A stretch of DNA of 64,000 nt, taken from a bacterium (GTDB taxonomy: Bacteria > Fidelibacterota > Fidelibacteria > Fidelibacterales > Fidelibacteraceae). The notes beneath the pieces were generated by a model that made no database searches, was not told where the DNA came from, and worked only from the letters and a program-made list of their open reading frames with translations. Made by a program: the position numbers and the translations under genes. The stretch spans positions 1,376,001-1,440,000 of the forward strand of contig OY781066.1 in the NCBI GenBank assembly GCA_963676395.1, read 5' to 3'. Positions 41,948-52,867 of the stretch are shown here, in pieces (the stretch's first letter is position 1; the number at the start of each line of letters is the position of its first letter).

Positions 41948-43174
41948 ATGAAGATCAAGTCAATTTTGATCTGTATGGCGATTCTTAGCATTGCATTTTT
42001 AAGCGCAGAGACGCTTTCGCTTGAAGAGTGCATTGATATTGCAAGAACAAACAACCCCAGTATACAAAATACTGACCTGAATTCTCAAATTGGGAAATCA
42101 AAGGTTCGTCAGGCTTATTCAGCGGTTTTGCCGTCTGTATCGGTAAACTCAGGGTTGTCTTCCAGCAGTCAAACAAGCTGGGATTTAGGTAAAAGTGTAG
42201 GCTTGAGTGCCGGGATGACATTTTATGCGCCCGGGATGTACTCAGGTATTAAATCGGCCAATCTAAATTCAAAAGCCAATAAGTTGAGTGCCGTTGATAA
42301 TCGCAATGATGTCGTATCACAAGTATCAGGGCTCTATTATCAAATATTAAGTACACGTAGACTAATTGAAGTATATGAGGGCAATATTGCGGTTGCCGAA
42401 GAAAGTCTTAAGAAGACACGTTCAATGTATGAAGAGCATGTGATCACAGAATCTGATGTATTAAAATCAGAAGCACAGAAAGGTGATTTTGAATCACAAC
42501 TTCTAGGGCAAAAACAACTATATACATCATATCTTCGTTCAATGAATTTGCTATTGGGTCGTTCAGCATTGTCGGATTTAGATGTGGTTGATGTGGATGT
42601 TGAAAATATTTCGGTACCCGAATACAAAAATGCTCGTGAGATCATGATGAATGATAACCCGGCCTATGGCGCAGCTCAGCTTCGAGAAAAGATGTCCAAA
42701 ACTATGGTAAATGCCGCTAAAGAATCTTTTCTTCCCTCAATTAATGGTGGGTATTCTTATGCGAACACTATGGAAGCCGGGATCGATCCTGTAAACTCTG
42801 TGTCTTTATCGGCATCCTGGACTTTGTTTAATGGACTTTCAAGAAAAGAGAATCTGTATCAAAGTAAGCTCCAGCATAAGCAGGCAGAGATCAATGTTGA
42901 TAACACAGTACGTTTATTAGATCAAGCGTTGGGTAATCTTTATACACAACTTGAAACATACACCAGTATGATTGAGATCAATGAACGGCGTTTGGTTTCC
43001 GCAAAGCGTGATTTTGATATCGTGCAACAGCAGTATGAACTGGGAAAAAGTACCATTCTTGATAGAATGACTGCTCAGTTAAGTGTATTAAGTGCAGAAA
43101 GCACGCTTGTGGAAGCAAAATATTCGCGAAAAGCGGTTGAAGCCGAAATTTTAAAATTAATCAACAAAATATAG
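41948..43174 (+). CDS. TolC family outer membrane protein
   Basis: LSLEECIDIA..NNP; YELGKSTILD. Confidence 0.88.
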   Translation: MKIKSILICMAILSIAFLSAETLSLEECIDIARTNNPSIQNTDLNSQIGKSKVRQAYSAVLPSVSVNSGLSSSSQTSWDLGKSVGLSAGMTFYAPGMYSGIKSANLNSKANKLSAVDNRNDVVSQVSGLYYQILSTRRLIEVYEGNIAVAEESLKKTRSMYEEHVITESDVLKSEAQKGDFESQLLGQKQLYTSYLRSMNLLLGRSALSDLDVVDVDVENISVPEYKNAREIMMNDNPAYGAAQLREKMSKTMVNAAKESFLPSINGGYSYANTMEAGIDPVNSVSLSASWTLFNGLSRKENLYQSKLQHKQAEINVDNTVRLLDQALGNLYTQLETYTSMIEINERRLVSAKRDFDIVQQQYELGKSTILDRMTAQLSVLSAESTLVEAKYSRKAVEAEILKLINKI

Positions 43175-43184
43175 GATAATAGAG

Positions 43185-44378
43185 ATGAAAAAAACGCTTA
43201 TCATTATTTCAGCTGTTGTTGTATTGGCGGTATTTATGTTCTTTACAATGAAACAGGATAATAAAAAAACCGTTCCGGTGCAGATGGAAAAAGTCCGTTT
43301 ACACACGGTTGAATCAAAAGTATACGCAGCGGGTTATGTGCAACCGGTTGTAAAAGTTAACATTTCTGCAAATGTTGCCGGTGAGATCGTTTCTTTGAAC
43401 GTAAAAGAGGGACAGAAGGTCAAAAAAGGACAACTTCTTGCACAGCTGGATAAGGTTCGGTATGCCGCTGCGGTTGATCAGTCTAAATCACTTTATAAAT
43501 CTGCCAAATCAGCCAAAGACGTTGCAGAAAAAGAGTTTAAACGCGTAAAAAAATTATATAAAAATAATAATTACAGTGAATCTCAATATGATCAGGCAAA
43601 GGCCGCGTATGAACAAGCTGCTGCCGGACTTGAACAGGCAAAAGCGGGTTTGGAGCAATCTGAAGATAACTTGAGAAAAACAACACTTGTTGCTCCGATT
43701 GATGGAACTGTTATCGGTCTTCAGAAAGAACAAGGTGAAATGGCTTTGGGTTCAACGTTCTCTGCTGATATTGTGATGACAATTGCAGATTTGAGCGGTA
43801 TGGAAGTGGAAGTGGATGTAAATGAGAACGATATTGTTAAGGTTGAGCTTGGTGATTCTGTAGATATTGAGATCGATGCTTTAGCAGAGAAGACATTTAA
43901 TGGTGTTGTGACTGAAATATCACAATTGGCTACAACTATGGGCGCCGGAACTCAGAATGCGATCACGAACTTCAAAGTAACCGTAAAAATGTTAAACAAT
44001 CCTCCCGAGATACGCTCCGGTATGAATGCAACCGTTGAGATCCTTACAGATAAAGAAGTTGATGTTGTTGCAATTCCTATTCGTTCGGTCACCGTTCGTC
44101 CGGCTGACAAAGTTAGAAAATCTGAACCGGGTAAAATGGGTGAATTAGGTAAACCCGAGCTTTTGGAAGTTGCATTCGTTGTTGAAGAAGACACGGTAAG
44201 AGCTGTTCCTTTGGAAATAGGAATTAACTCAGAAGATTATTTTGCCATTACCAGCGGATTAGATACATCCATGACCATTGTAACGGGAAATCATCAGGCT
44301 TTGACTTTCGATCTTCAGAACGGTACTGCCGTAATGGACGTGAAGGATGCCAAAAAAAAGGCTAAAAATAAACGGTAA
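43185..44378 (+). CDS. MacA-like periplasmic adaptor subunit
   Basis: VKEGQKVKKGQLL, APIDGTV, RSGM. Confidence 0.9.
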   Translation: MKKTLIIISAVVVLAVFMFFTMKQDNKKTVPVQMEKVRLHTVESKVYAAGYVQPVVKVNISANVAGEIVSLNVKEGQKVKKGQLLAQLDKVRYAAAVDQSKSLYKSAKSAKDVAEKEFKRVKKLYKNNNYSESQYDQAKAAYEQAAAGLEQAKAGLEQSEDNLRKTTLVAPIDGTVIGLQKEQGEMALGSTFSADIVMTIADLSGMEVEVDVNENDIVKVELGDSVDIEIDALAEKTFNGVVTEISQLATTMGAGTQNAITNFKVTVKMLNNPPEIRSGMNATVEILTDKEVDVVAIPIRSVTVRPADKVRKSEPGKMGELGKPELLEVAFVVEEDTVRAVPLEIGINSEDYFAITSGLDTSMTIVTGNHQALTFDLQNGTAVMDVKDAKKKAKNKR

Positions 44379-44396
44379 AGAGCAAAAGGACAGATC

Positions 44397-45104
44397 ATGT
44401 CATTATTAAAACTAAGAAATATCTACCGTATATATCAGATCGGTGACATTGAGGTGCGAGCTTTGAATGGTGTCGATGTGGACGTGGAAAAAAATGAGTA
44501 TCTTTCTATTATGGGTCCTTCCGGAAGTGGTAAATCAACCCTGATGAACATTATCGGCTGTCTTGATACGCCATCAAAAGGTAGCTATGAATTGGATGGC
44601 ACTGCGATCCATCAGGAAGTGAAAGAAGGTGATGGGATCGCAACCGATAATCAATTGGCTGTCATTCGAAATGAAAAGATCGGGTTTGTATTTCAAACCT
44701 TCAATCTTTTGCCAAGAATGAGTGCACTGCATAATGTTGAGCTTCCGCTTATATATGGTGGTGTCCCCCGAAATGAAAGAATAGAGCGAGCACAGCAGGC
44801 GCTTGAACGCGTTCAGTTAGCTGATCGTATGCATCATAAGCCAAATGAATTGTCAGGTGGTCAGCGACAGCGTGTAGCCGTTGCAAGAGCTTTGGTAAAC
44901 AATCCCTCCATTATTCTTGCTGATGAGCCAACCGGAAACCTTGATTCTAAAACTTCCCATGACATTATGGATTTGTTGGACAATCTTCATGAACAGGGAA
45001 ATACTATTATTCTTGTAACACATGAAAATGATATTGCCGAACGAGCACATCGTGTGATCCATATGTTAGATGGTAAGATAAACGAAGATAATAAAAAGAA
45101 GTAG
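44397..45104 (+). CDS. MacB/LolD-type ABC ATP-binding protein
   Basis: [26 protein letters not shown]. Confidence 0.93.
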   Translation: MSLLKLRNIYRIYQIGDIEVRALNGVDVDVEKNEYLSIMGPSGSGKSTLMNIIGCLDTPSKGSYELDGTAIHQEVKEGDGIATDNQLAVIRNEKIGFVFQTFNLLPRMSALHNVELPLIYGGVPRNERIERAQQALERVQLADRMHHKPNELSGGQRQRVAVARALVNNPSIILADEPTGNLDSKTSHDIMDLLDNLHEQGNTIILVTHENDIAERAHRVIHMLDGKINEDNKKK

Positions 45105-45107
45105 GCT

Positions 45108-46331
45108 ATGTTTAAGCAATTATACAGTAGTGTTGTCATTGGATTCAAGGCGGTTTTTCAAAACAAAGGCCGGGCTTTGTTGACCATGCTTGGAATCATC
45201 ATCGGTATCTTATCGGTTTCACTTATGGGAACGGCTATCAATGGTATTGACAATGTATTTGATGATACACTGGGCATGTTTGGCGATGATGTTCTTTATG
45301 TGCAGCAATTTCCTTGGTTTATGGGCAATGCCGAATGGTGGGAATTCCGGAACAGACCTCGAATTAAAGAGGAGTATGCCGAAAAGATCTCCGAAAGAGC
45401 AAAGTCCATAACCTATGCCAGTCCTGAAACCAACCGGCGCGTAAGTTTATCTTATAGGGATAATACCAGCGAAGGTGTTGATTTAAGCGGGCGTGGTTGG
45501 CAGTCGGCATATATTGATGTTGCAAAGATCCAGAGCGGTCGATATTTCACTCAGCTTGAAGACAAAAGTGCGGCACGCGTAATTTTGATTGGTTCTGAAG
45601 TTCAAAAAGTACTTTTTCCAAATATTCAAGATCCTTGTGGCTTATATATTAAGGTCAATGGTTTAAAGTTTAGGGTGATCGGAGTTTTTGCCGAACAAGG
45701 CAAAGTTATGGGTCTTTTTAGTGTTGATAATATGGCTGTGATCCCGTTTCAAACCATGAAATCCGTTTTCGGTAGAGCTTGGTGGGTTTCGATATCTCTT
45801 AAGTTGACTGAAGGTGTGGATAAAAACTATGCCTTAGAAGAAGTTCGATCAATTACTCGTGGTTTAAGAGGTTTACGACCTCTGGATAAAGATAATTTTG
45901 CCATTAATCAGCAAGAGGCTATGGAAGATGAATTGGGTAAGATCAAATCTAGTATTTCCATTGTAGGTATTGGTATTGCTGCTTTATCTCTGCTTGTTGG
46001 TGGTATCGGCATTATGAATATTATGTTCGTTAGCGTAAAAGAACGGACCAAAGAGATAGGCATCCGAAAAGCTCTAGGCGCCAAGCGTTGGGTGATCATG
46101 ATCCAATTCTTGTTTGAGGCGATTATTATTGCCATGATTGGAGGTGTTATTGGTCTTGGCCTCACCTCGCTTCTTGTAGGGGTGGTTAATAAATTCTTTG
46201 TTGCATCAATGTCCCTTGGATTGGTAATGACAGCTTTAGGTGTTTCCATTAGCGTGGGTATTATTTCGGGTATTGTACCGGCAAGTCAGGCAGCTAAATT
46301 AGATCCCATCGAGGCAATGAGATACGAATAA
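45108..46331 (+). CDS. MacB-type ABC permease 1
   Basis: LTMLGIIIG, GGIGIMNIM..ERTKEIGIRKALGA, DPIEAMRYE. Confidence 0.92.
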   Translation: MFKQLYSSVVIGFKAVFQNKGRALLTMLGIIIGILSVSLMGTAINGIDNVFDDTLGMFGDDVLYVQQFPWFMGNAEWWEFRNRPRIKEEYAEKISERAKSITYASPETNRRVSLSYRDNTSEGVDLSGRGWQSAYIDVAKIQSGRYFTQLEDKSAARVILIGSEVQKVLFPNIQDPCGLYIKVNGLKFRVIGVFAEQGKVMGLFSVDNMAVIPFQTMKSVFGRAWWVSISLKLTEGVDKNYALEEVRSITRGLRGLRPLDKDNFAINQQEAMEDELGKIKSSISIVGIGIAALSLLVGGIGIMNIMFVSVKERTKEIGIRKALGAKRWVIMIQFLFEAIIIAMIGGVIGLGLTSLLVGVVNKFFVASMSLGLVMTALGVSISVGIISGIVPASQAAKLDPIEAMRYE

Positions 46332-46340
46332 GGAATTGAA

Positions 46341-47570
46341 ATGAATTTTAAAGAAATATGGCGTTCGGCACGTACTTCAATACGGCAAAATAAACTTCGA
46401 TCATTTCTCACATTACTTGGGGTTGTGATTGGTATATTCTCGATCATTGGTGTTATGACAGCGATCAATGTATTGCAGCAAAGTATTGAGGACAATATAA
46501 ATGGGTTGGGCGCCGGCACATTTCAAATTCAGAAATATCCCAATATGAATATGGGAAATAGTAATTGGAAATATCACAATCGCAAGAATTTGGATTATCG
46601 TGATTTTAAACGATTGAAAGAAAAGTTGACAATCGTGGATTATGCAACAGCGGAAGACTGGAATTGGAATAAAACCATCCGCTATAAAGATAAAGAAACT
46701 AAACCTAATATGGTTGTTGCGGGTATTACGCATAACTGGGAATTTACAAATAACCTTATGGTGGATCATGGAAGAATGATCTCTGAGATTGATGAAAAGA
46801 ACGCATCGCATGTTGTTGTATTGGGTGCAGACGCAATAGATATCCTGTTTGCAAATATTGATCCGATCGGCAAAGACGTAAAGATTGATGGCATTAAGTA
46901 TCGCGTTATCGGTGTTGCCGAAAGGCGTGGCGAACGCTATGGGGATTCAATGGATAATAGAGCATATATGCCGTTGACCACTTATTTTAAATACTATGGT
47001 AAAGCAAGTTTTACATCTTTAAATTATTGTTTTACGGTATTGGATCAAGATCAATTTGATGAAGGTATGCGTGAGGTTATTCACGAGCTTCGATTGATCA
47101 GAGGTGATAAGCCCGGTGATGAAAATAGTTTTGAAACATGGACAAATGCATCTTTATTAGATAGTTTTAATAAAATGACAAGTGCTGTGAAAATTGCGGC
47201 TATGATTATTGCCTCCATTGCTCTTCTTGCATCGGGTATTGGAATAATGAATATTATGCTTGTGACGGTCTCAGAAAGGACACGAGAGATCGGTGTGAGA
47301 AAAAGCATGGGTGCAAAACGCAAAGATGTATTGTTTCAGTTTATGTTCGAAGCATTGATTTTAACCGAGATCGGAGGTGTGATCGGTATCGTGCTGGGAA
47401 TCGCTGCCGGAAATATCGTGGCGTTAATTTCCGATATGTCTTTTGTGTTTCCCTGGGACTGGGCAATTATTGGTATTGTAGTGTGTTCGGCGATCGCATT
47501 GATCTTCGGATCATACCCCGCCTATAAAGCAGCATCTTTAGATCCGATAGAGGCATTGAGGTATGAATAA
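46341..47570 (+). CDS. MacB-type ABC permease 2
   Basis: RSFLTLLGVVIG, ERTREIGVRK, DPIEALRYE. Confidence 0.92.
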   Translation: MNFKEIWRSARTSIRQNKLRSFLTLLGVVIGIFSIIGVMTAINVLQQSIEDNINGLGAGTFQIQKYPNMNMGNSNWKYHNRKNLDYRDFKRLKEKLTIVDYATAEDWNWNKTIRYKDKETKPNMVVAGITHNWEFTNNLMVDHGRMISEIDEKNASHVVVLGADAIDILFANIDPIGKDVKIDGIKYRVIGVAERRGERYGDSMDNRAYMPLTTYFKYYGKASFTSLNYCFTVLDQDQFDEGMREVIHELRLIRGDKPGDENSFETWTNASLLDSFNKMTSAVKIAAMIIASIALLASGIGIMNIMLVTVSERTREIGVRKSMGAKRKDVLFQFMFEALILTEIGGVIGIVLGIAAGNIVALISDMSFVFPWDWAIIGIVVCSAIALIFGSYPAYKAASLDPIEALRYE

Positions 47571-47580
47571 GGGATAGTAC

Positions 47581-48810
47581 ATGAATTTTAATGAAATTTG
47601 GCGATCGGCAGTTGATTCGATCAAACAAAATAAACTACGGTCATTTTTGACCCTGCTAGGTGTGGTCATTGGTATCTTCTCCATTATTGGAGTGATGACG
47701 GCGATTAATGTTCTTCAGCAAACCGTAGAGGATAATATGGGTGGTTTGGGTACTGGTACTTTTCAAGTTCAGAAATATCCAAGCATGAATATGGGGAATA
47801 GACGTTGGCAATATTACAATAGAAAAAATTTGAACTACAGAGATTTTAAACGTCTTTCAGAGCGTTTGAAAATTGTTGATTATGCCACAGCCGAAGATGC
47901 AAATTATGGAAAGATCGTTAAGTATAAAGATAAAGAGACCAAACCTAATATTGTTGTTATCGGTGTCACTCATAACTGGGAATTTACAAATAACTTAAAG
48001 ATCGATATGGGAAGAATGATCACACAAATCGATGAAAAGAATGGTTCTCATGTTATCGTGTTGGGCTATGATGTTGTTGATGTGCTTTTTCCTAATCGTA
48101 ATCCCGTGGGAGAAAATGTAAAGATAGATGGTGTGAAATATCGAGTGATAGGTGTTTCCGAAAGAAAGGGTCAACAGTTTGGACAATCTCAGGATAATCG
48201 AACGGTCATTCCATTAACAACTTATTTTAAATATTATGGTAAGGCTAGCTATACCTCTCTAAACTACTGTTTTACAGTCGTTGACCAAGATCAATTCGAG
48301 GAAGGTAGGCAAGAAGTCATTAATGAATTACGTTTAATTCGCGGTGATGAATTTGGTCAGGAGAATAGCTTTGAAATATGGACCAATGCTTCTTTGATTG
48401 ATAATTTCAATATGATGACAGCGGCTATTAAAATAGCGGCGGCTATTATTGCTTCGATAGCTCTCTTGGCATCGGGTATAGGCATTATGAATATTATGCT
48501 GGTCACGGTTAGCGAAAGAACACGTGAAATAGGTGTAAGAAAAAGTCTTGGTGCAAAACGAAGAGATATACTTCTACAGTTTATGATCGAAGCCATGATT
48601 CTTACCGAAATGGGAGGTGTGATCGGTATTGCATTCGGTGTGTTGGCCGGTAATATTGTTGCATTGATGCTGAAGATCTCAGTGGTTTTTCCCTGGGATT
48701 GGACAATTATCGGTATTGTCGTTTGTTCGGCTATTGCTTTGATCTTTGGATCTTATCCTGCTTATAAAGCAGCAAAACTTGACCCAATTGAAGCACTAAG
48801 ATATGAATAA
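47581..48810 (+). CDS. MacB-type ABC permease 3, close paralog of permease 2
   Basis: Same length (409 aa) and collinear with 46341-47570. Confidence 0.92.
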   Translation: MNFNEIWRSAVDSIKQNKLRSFLTLLGVVIGIFSIIGVMTAINVLQQTVEDNMGGLGTGTFQVQKYPSMNMGNRRWQYYNRKNLNYRDFKRLSERLKIVDYATAEDANYGKIVKYKDKETKPNIVVIGVTHNWEFTNNLKIDMGRMITQIDEKNGSHVIVLGYDVVDVLFPNRNPVGENVKIDGVKYRVIGVSERKGQQFGQSQDNRTVIPLTTYFKYYGKASYTSLNYCFTVVDQDQFEEGRQEVINELRLIRGDEFGQENSFEIWTNASLIDNFNMMTAAIKIAAAIIASIALLASGIGIMNIMLVTVSERTREIGVRKSLGAKRRDILLQFMIEAMILTEMGGVIGIAFGVLAGNIVALMLKISVVFPWDWTIIGIVVCSAIALIFGSYPAYKAAKLDPIEALRYE

Positions 48811-48899
48811 AGTACCGACGAAATGCATTGCGTTGACACAATATTAAACATTCCTTAAATATTTAGGTTTTGAAAAATTTGTCACCTTTCAGGCAATAG

Positions 48900-48936
48900 G
48901 AAAACCCTTGGCGGAAACGCGGGGGTTTTCTGTTTT
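48900..48936 (+). terminator. Intrinsic terminator ending the operon
   Basis: gaaaaccc..gcg-gaaa-cgc..gggttttc-tgtttt. Confidence 0.7.
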
Positions 48937-49130
48937 ATAACGTAAAAGAAAAATATAATTGAGAATAAATATAAGATTATGGACATGAATTAATGCTTCA
49001 TTGTGGAGAAAAATCCATGTCTGCTAAAAATTAATATTTTATTAATTTTTTAAAGACGATAAAAAATCGCTTGTAAATGATTCGATAAGAATTTAACTTG
49101 CTGATAATAAATAAAATAGAGGAAATAAAT

Positions 49131-51086
49131 ATGGGTAATTTAAAGAAATATTTTATTTTGTGTATGATCTTTATAATTCCGGCTTTAGCCCAAGAATATG
49201 CTTTTGCTTACATAGAAAATGGCAGCGGAACGAATACGGTTGGAACAACTTGGGTCAATATTGGTGCGGGAGGTGCTCAAGATTTGACATTAGCAATGGC
49301 TTCAACTCACTGGTCTTTAAATACAAATCAACTATTAGCAGCAGACAATCCTGCTGTTGAAGGAGTTTATTGTATTAAGTATTCTCTTAGTTTTAATGCA
49401 GATGCTGCGGATTGGTACATCGGTATTTCAATAGATGGAGCTAATCCCGTGGAACCAGTTTTTATGAGATCTATTGGAAATTCAAGAAAAGATGCGGGGA
49501 ATATTTCGGGTATATTTGTGGCGACAATTTCTCAAGGTCAAACAATAGAATTAGTCGTTAAATCTGATGGTAGTAACAACGACTTTACACCAATATATTC
49601 TCAGCTTTCTGTTTGCCCCGCAGCAATGATGTCTGTAAATAGTTTTGCAGGAATGCATATATCCAACGATGCTACATATAATAATATTGGGACAACGATA
49701 ACTAAAATTACAAATTTTATAGCAGTTCCTGAGATGAATGGCTGGACTTCTAGTGGAGGTGAGCTGACTGCGGGAACGGGTGCAGGTGGCTTGTATTATC
49801 TTTCATATAGTGTCAGCTTTACAGGTGACGGAAATGAAAGCAGTCCGATTGAATATATTTTTGATGTGTTAAAAAATGATAATGAGGGTGTTAGTCATAT
49901 TTTAGCAAATCGCTCAAGCAGCTCATTGGATATTGGTAATATATCTGGAGGCGGTTTGATAAATATTAGTGATGGAGATGTAATTGCTTTGGGAGTTAAA
50001 GCAAATCTAAATAATAATTCATTAATAATTCGTAAAGCTAACATATCTATGTTTAGACTTGGAGACACAACTCCGAATAGTATAGGGGGTATGACTATTA
50101 CATCAGATCAAACTATAACAATTCCCGCACAAAATTCTTGGGTAACTGTAGGTAATTATGGTTTGGAAGCTGCAAATAACTGGTCTTTGGGTTCAAATGT
50201 TTTTACACCGACATCTGCTGACGCAGTTGGATATTATTATCTAGAATATACAACATCACTTACAACAACCAACAGTGGGGGTGATGATATAGAATTAGCT
50301 GTTTTTATTGATGGAGTACAAAGTTCTGAGCTTACAACTTCCCGAAGATTATCAAGTTCATCTGATGTTGGTGCTGATTGTGGAGTAGGCTTGCTAAGCA
50401 TTGAGGATCAAAGTCAATCCATAGAAATTAAAATTCGTAATACAACGAGTGGAAGTAATTTAACGATTAAAAAATCAATGCTGGGATTTTCACAAATTCA
50501 ATTAGGTTTGTCAGAGTTTGCTACAGCTATTAGTCTTGATAAATTTACAGCAAACATGAAACAAAGATATGTGGAATTAACTTGGAGTACAAAATCAGAG
50601 AGTAACAATGCCGCATTTTTGATTTATAGAAATGGAAAACTTATCACATCGATCGAAGGAGCCGGTAATAGCAGTGAAACAAAAGATTATTATTATTTTG
50701 ACAAAACCGTTATTCCGGGGAATACATATACATATGTTTTAGCTGACCTGGATTATGCCAATTATGAAACAAAACATCTATCAAAAAGTCAGACAATCAC
50801 AGTGGACGATAATGTTGTTGAAACGGATTTTCATATTGATTCCGTCTATCCAAATCCTTTTAATCCAATAACTACATGTAGCATTCATGTACATAATAGT
50901 ACTCATGTTAATGTCAGTATTTACGATTCCAAAGCAAACTTGGTTAAGGTCATAAACGATGCTCCCCTAAGTGCGGGAACTCATAATTTAATTTGGAATG
51001 CAGCTGATAATCCATCCGGCATATATTTTATAGTCGTTAGCACGGATAACGCTTATCAGAATCAAAAACTTGTTTTAATAAAATAA
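49131..51086 (+). CDS. Secreted protein with three internal repeats and T9SS/FlgD-type tail
   Basis: Signal peptide; three GxYxxxYSxSF-type repeats; YPNPFNP..SGIY..KLVLIK. Confidence 0.85.
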   Translation: MGNLKKYFILCMIFIIPALAQEYAFAYIENGSGTNTVGTTWVNIGAGGAQDLTLAMASTHWSLNTNQLLAADNPAVEGVYCIKYSLSFNADAADWYIGISIDGANPVEPVFMRSIGNSRKDAGNISGIFVATISQGQTIELVVKSDGSNNDFTPIYSQLSVCPAAMMSVNSFAGMHISNDATYNNIGTTITKITNFIAVPEMNGWTSSGGELTAGTGAGGLYYLSYSVSFTGDGNESSPIEYIFDVLKNDNEGVSHILANRSSSSLDIGNISGGGLINISDGDVIALGVKANLNNNSLIIRKANISMFRLGDTTPNSIGGMTITSDQTITIPAQNSWVTVGNYGLEAANNWSLGSNVFTPTSADAVGYYYLEYTTSLTTTNSGGDDIELAVFIDGVQSSELTTSRRLSSSSDVGADCGVGLLSIEDQSQSIEIKIRNTTSGSNLTIKKSMLGFSQIQLGLSEFATAISLDKFTANMKQRYVELTWSTKSESNNAAFLIYRNGKLITSIEGAGNSSETKDYYYFDKTVIPGNTYTYVLADLDYANYETKHLSKSQTITVDDNVVETDFHIDSVYPNPFNPITTCSIHVHNSTHVNVSIYDSKANLVKVINDAPLSAGTHNLIWNAADNPSGIYFIVVSTDNAYQNQKLVLIK

Positions 51087-51102
51087 AACCGGCGAATAAT
51101 AG

Positions 51103-51134
51103 AAACAGCCTTCATGAGATATGAGGGCTGTTTT
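51103..51134 (+). terminator. Intrinsic terminator, possibly bidirectional
   Basis: aaacagccttcat-gagat-atgagggctgtttt. Confidence 0.75.
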
Positions 51135-51289
51135 ATTATTTAAGGCTAATTTAAATATTAAGGCTATTGATATCGTATAGATTACAAGATATTGGCAAAC
51201 CATAAACCCCAATCATCTTGTATAGGTTATAATTTTGTCTAAAGATATCCTATTAATCTTGTAATCCTGTTAGAAGAATTTTATCAGGA

Positions 51290-52591
51290 TCAGCCTTTTA
51301 ATCTCAAAAACGCAAGATCTCCCGGGTCATCCGGTAGCCTGATCCAAACATTTCGGGCACCGCCATGAGCGGCTTCGAGTTTACTACCATGTTTATCCAT
51401 AATGGCATCAAGAGTAAAAATCGTATCTTTATCGGGAGTGATCAAGGTGATCTCCTGACCGGGTAAGAAGCGATTTTTGACTTCGATCTCGGCGATGTTC
51501 GATTGAGGGTTGTAATCTTTGATCACACCGCAGACCGATTCACCCAACCCTGCCGAATAACCGTCTTCGCGATTTTCACCCAGCTGGCGAGGATTTCGCA
51601 CATAGAACCCCGAGGTATAAGTACGATTGCTCAAACGCATCAGGTCACGCAGGTTTTCGGGATCGAATGCTTTGCCGGCCAAATGATCATCCAATGCCCG
51701 TTTGTATGAGCGGGATGTGATGGCGGCATAATAAGCCGATTTGGTGCGACCTTCGATCTTTAGACTGCAAACTCCGGCACTAATGATCTGTGGGATCAAT
51801 TCGATGGCACAGAGATCTTTAGAGTTCATGAGATAGGTGCCATGCTCATCTTCGGTAATGGGGAATTTATCATTGGGACGATGATTCTCTTTGACATAAA
51901 ATCCCTCGGATGGTGGAGTGGTGTATTCATAAGTCTCGTGCTTGTTTTCCTGCTCAAGAATGGAACCGTTCTCGAAACCCATTTTGTATTCCCAGCGACA
52001 GGAATTCGTGCAGGTACCTTGATTGGCGTCACGGTTATGGAGATAGTTTGATATTAGGCAACGACCGGAATAAGAAATACAGATGGCACCGTGAACAAAG
52101 GTTTCCAGCTCAATGCCGGGGACGCGATTGTGCATTTCGGCGATCTCGTCAAGACGAAGTTCACGACTCAGAATCGCACGACGCACACCAAGATCATGCC
52201 AGAATTCTACCGAAGCCCAGTTAACCGTGTTGGACTGTGTCGATAAGTGAATAGGCATATCGGGATAGCGCTTTCTTGCAATAGAGATCATTCCGGGGTC
52301 TGCCATGATCAGGGCATCGGGCCCCATGGGAACGACCAAGTCCAGTTCTTTAAGAAAAGCATCCACTTTAAGATTGTGTGGATAAATATTTAATGTCAGG
52401 TAGATCTTTTTGCCGATCGAATGTGCATAATCGATGGCGATCTGTAAATTTTCGGGAGTAAAACCGGCTTCACGCGTTCTGAGTGAAAACTTTGGTATAC
52501 CGGCATATACCGCATCGGCGCCAAAGGCATAGGCGGTCTTGAGTTTGAACATATCTCCCGCGGGAGCGAGTATTTCTGGTGTTTGTTTCAT
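51290..52591 (-). CDS. trhP: U32 family tRNA hydroxylation protein (TrhP/YegQ-like)
   Basis: PEILAPAG, HGAICISYSGRC, NQGTCTNSCRW, KIEGR. Confidence 0.85.
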   Translation of the reverse strand: MKQTPEILAPAGDMFKLKTAYAFGADAVYAGIPKFSLRTREAGFTPENLQIAIDYAHSIGKKIYLTLNIYPHNLKVDAFLKELDLVVPMGPDALIMADPGMISIARKRYPDMPIHLSTQSNTVNWASVEFWHDLGVRRAILSRELRLDEIAEMHNRVPGIELETFVHGAICISYSGRCLISNYLHNRDANQGTCTNSCRWEYKMGFENGSILEQENKHETYEYTTPPSEGFYVKENHRPNDKFPITEDEHGTYLMNSKDLCAIELIPQIISAGVCSLKIEGRTKSAYYAAITSRSYKRALDDHLAGKAFDPENLRDLMRLSNRTYTSGFYVRNPRQLGENREDGYSAGLGESVCGVIKDYNPQSNIAEIEVKNRFLPGQEITLITPDKDTIFTLDAIMDKHGSKLEAAHGGARNVWIRLPDDPGDLAFLRLKG

Positions 52592-52867
52592 GATTATAAT
52601 TTACTTGATTGTAAGATAATCGCAAGATAAATCAGTGATGATCGAATGTTGCCAGTGGTATTTATCTTGTGAGATTTGTCGCTGAGGCCAGTGATGGATC
52701 TGAGACCTCTGTTGAAATAGCCTCACACAAAGGCACTAACATTTTAAGATACAAAGAAGCCCCAGAGTGTACCTGGGATTAAAATCCTAAGCAAAGAATT
52801 TGTTTTGCAAGCTCTGGTTTTTGGGGTTACGATGCGCAGACCGGAGACAGATTAGTTTAATATCATA

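Noticed and set aside
48833..48936. c-di-GMP-I riboswitch or stand-alone sRNA (TTGACA, small hairpin, GAAA tetraloop)
   Set aside because: Second riboswitch stem absent and no convincing -10 box; simplest reading is the operon terminator
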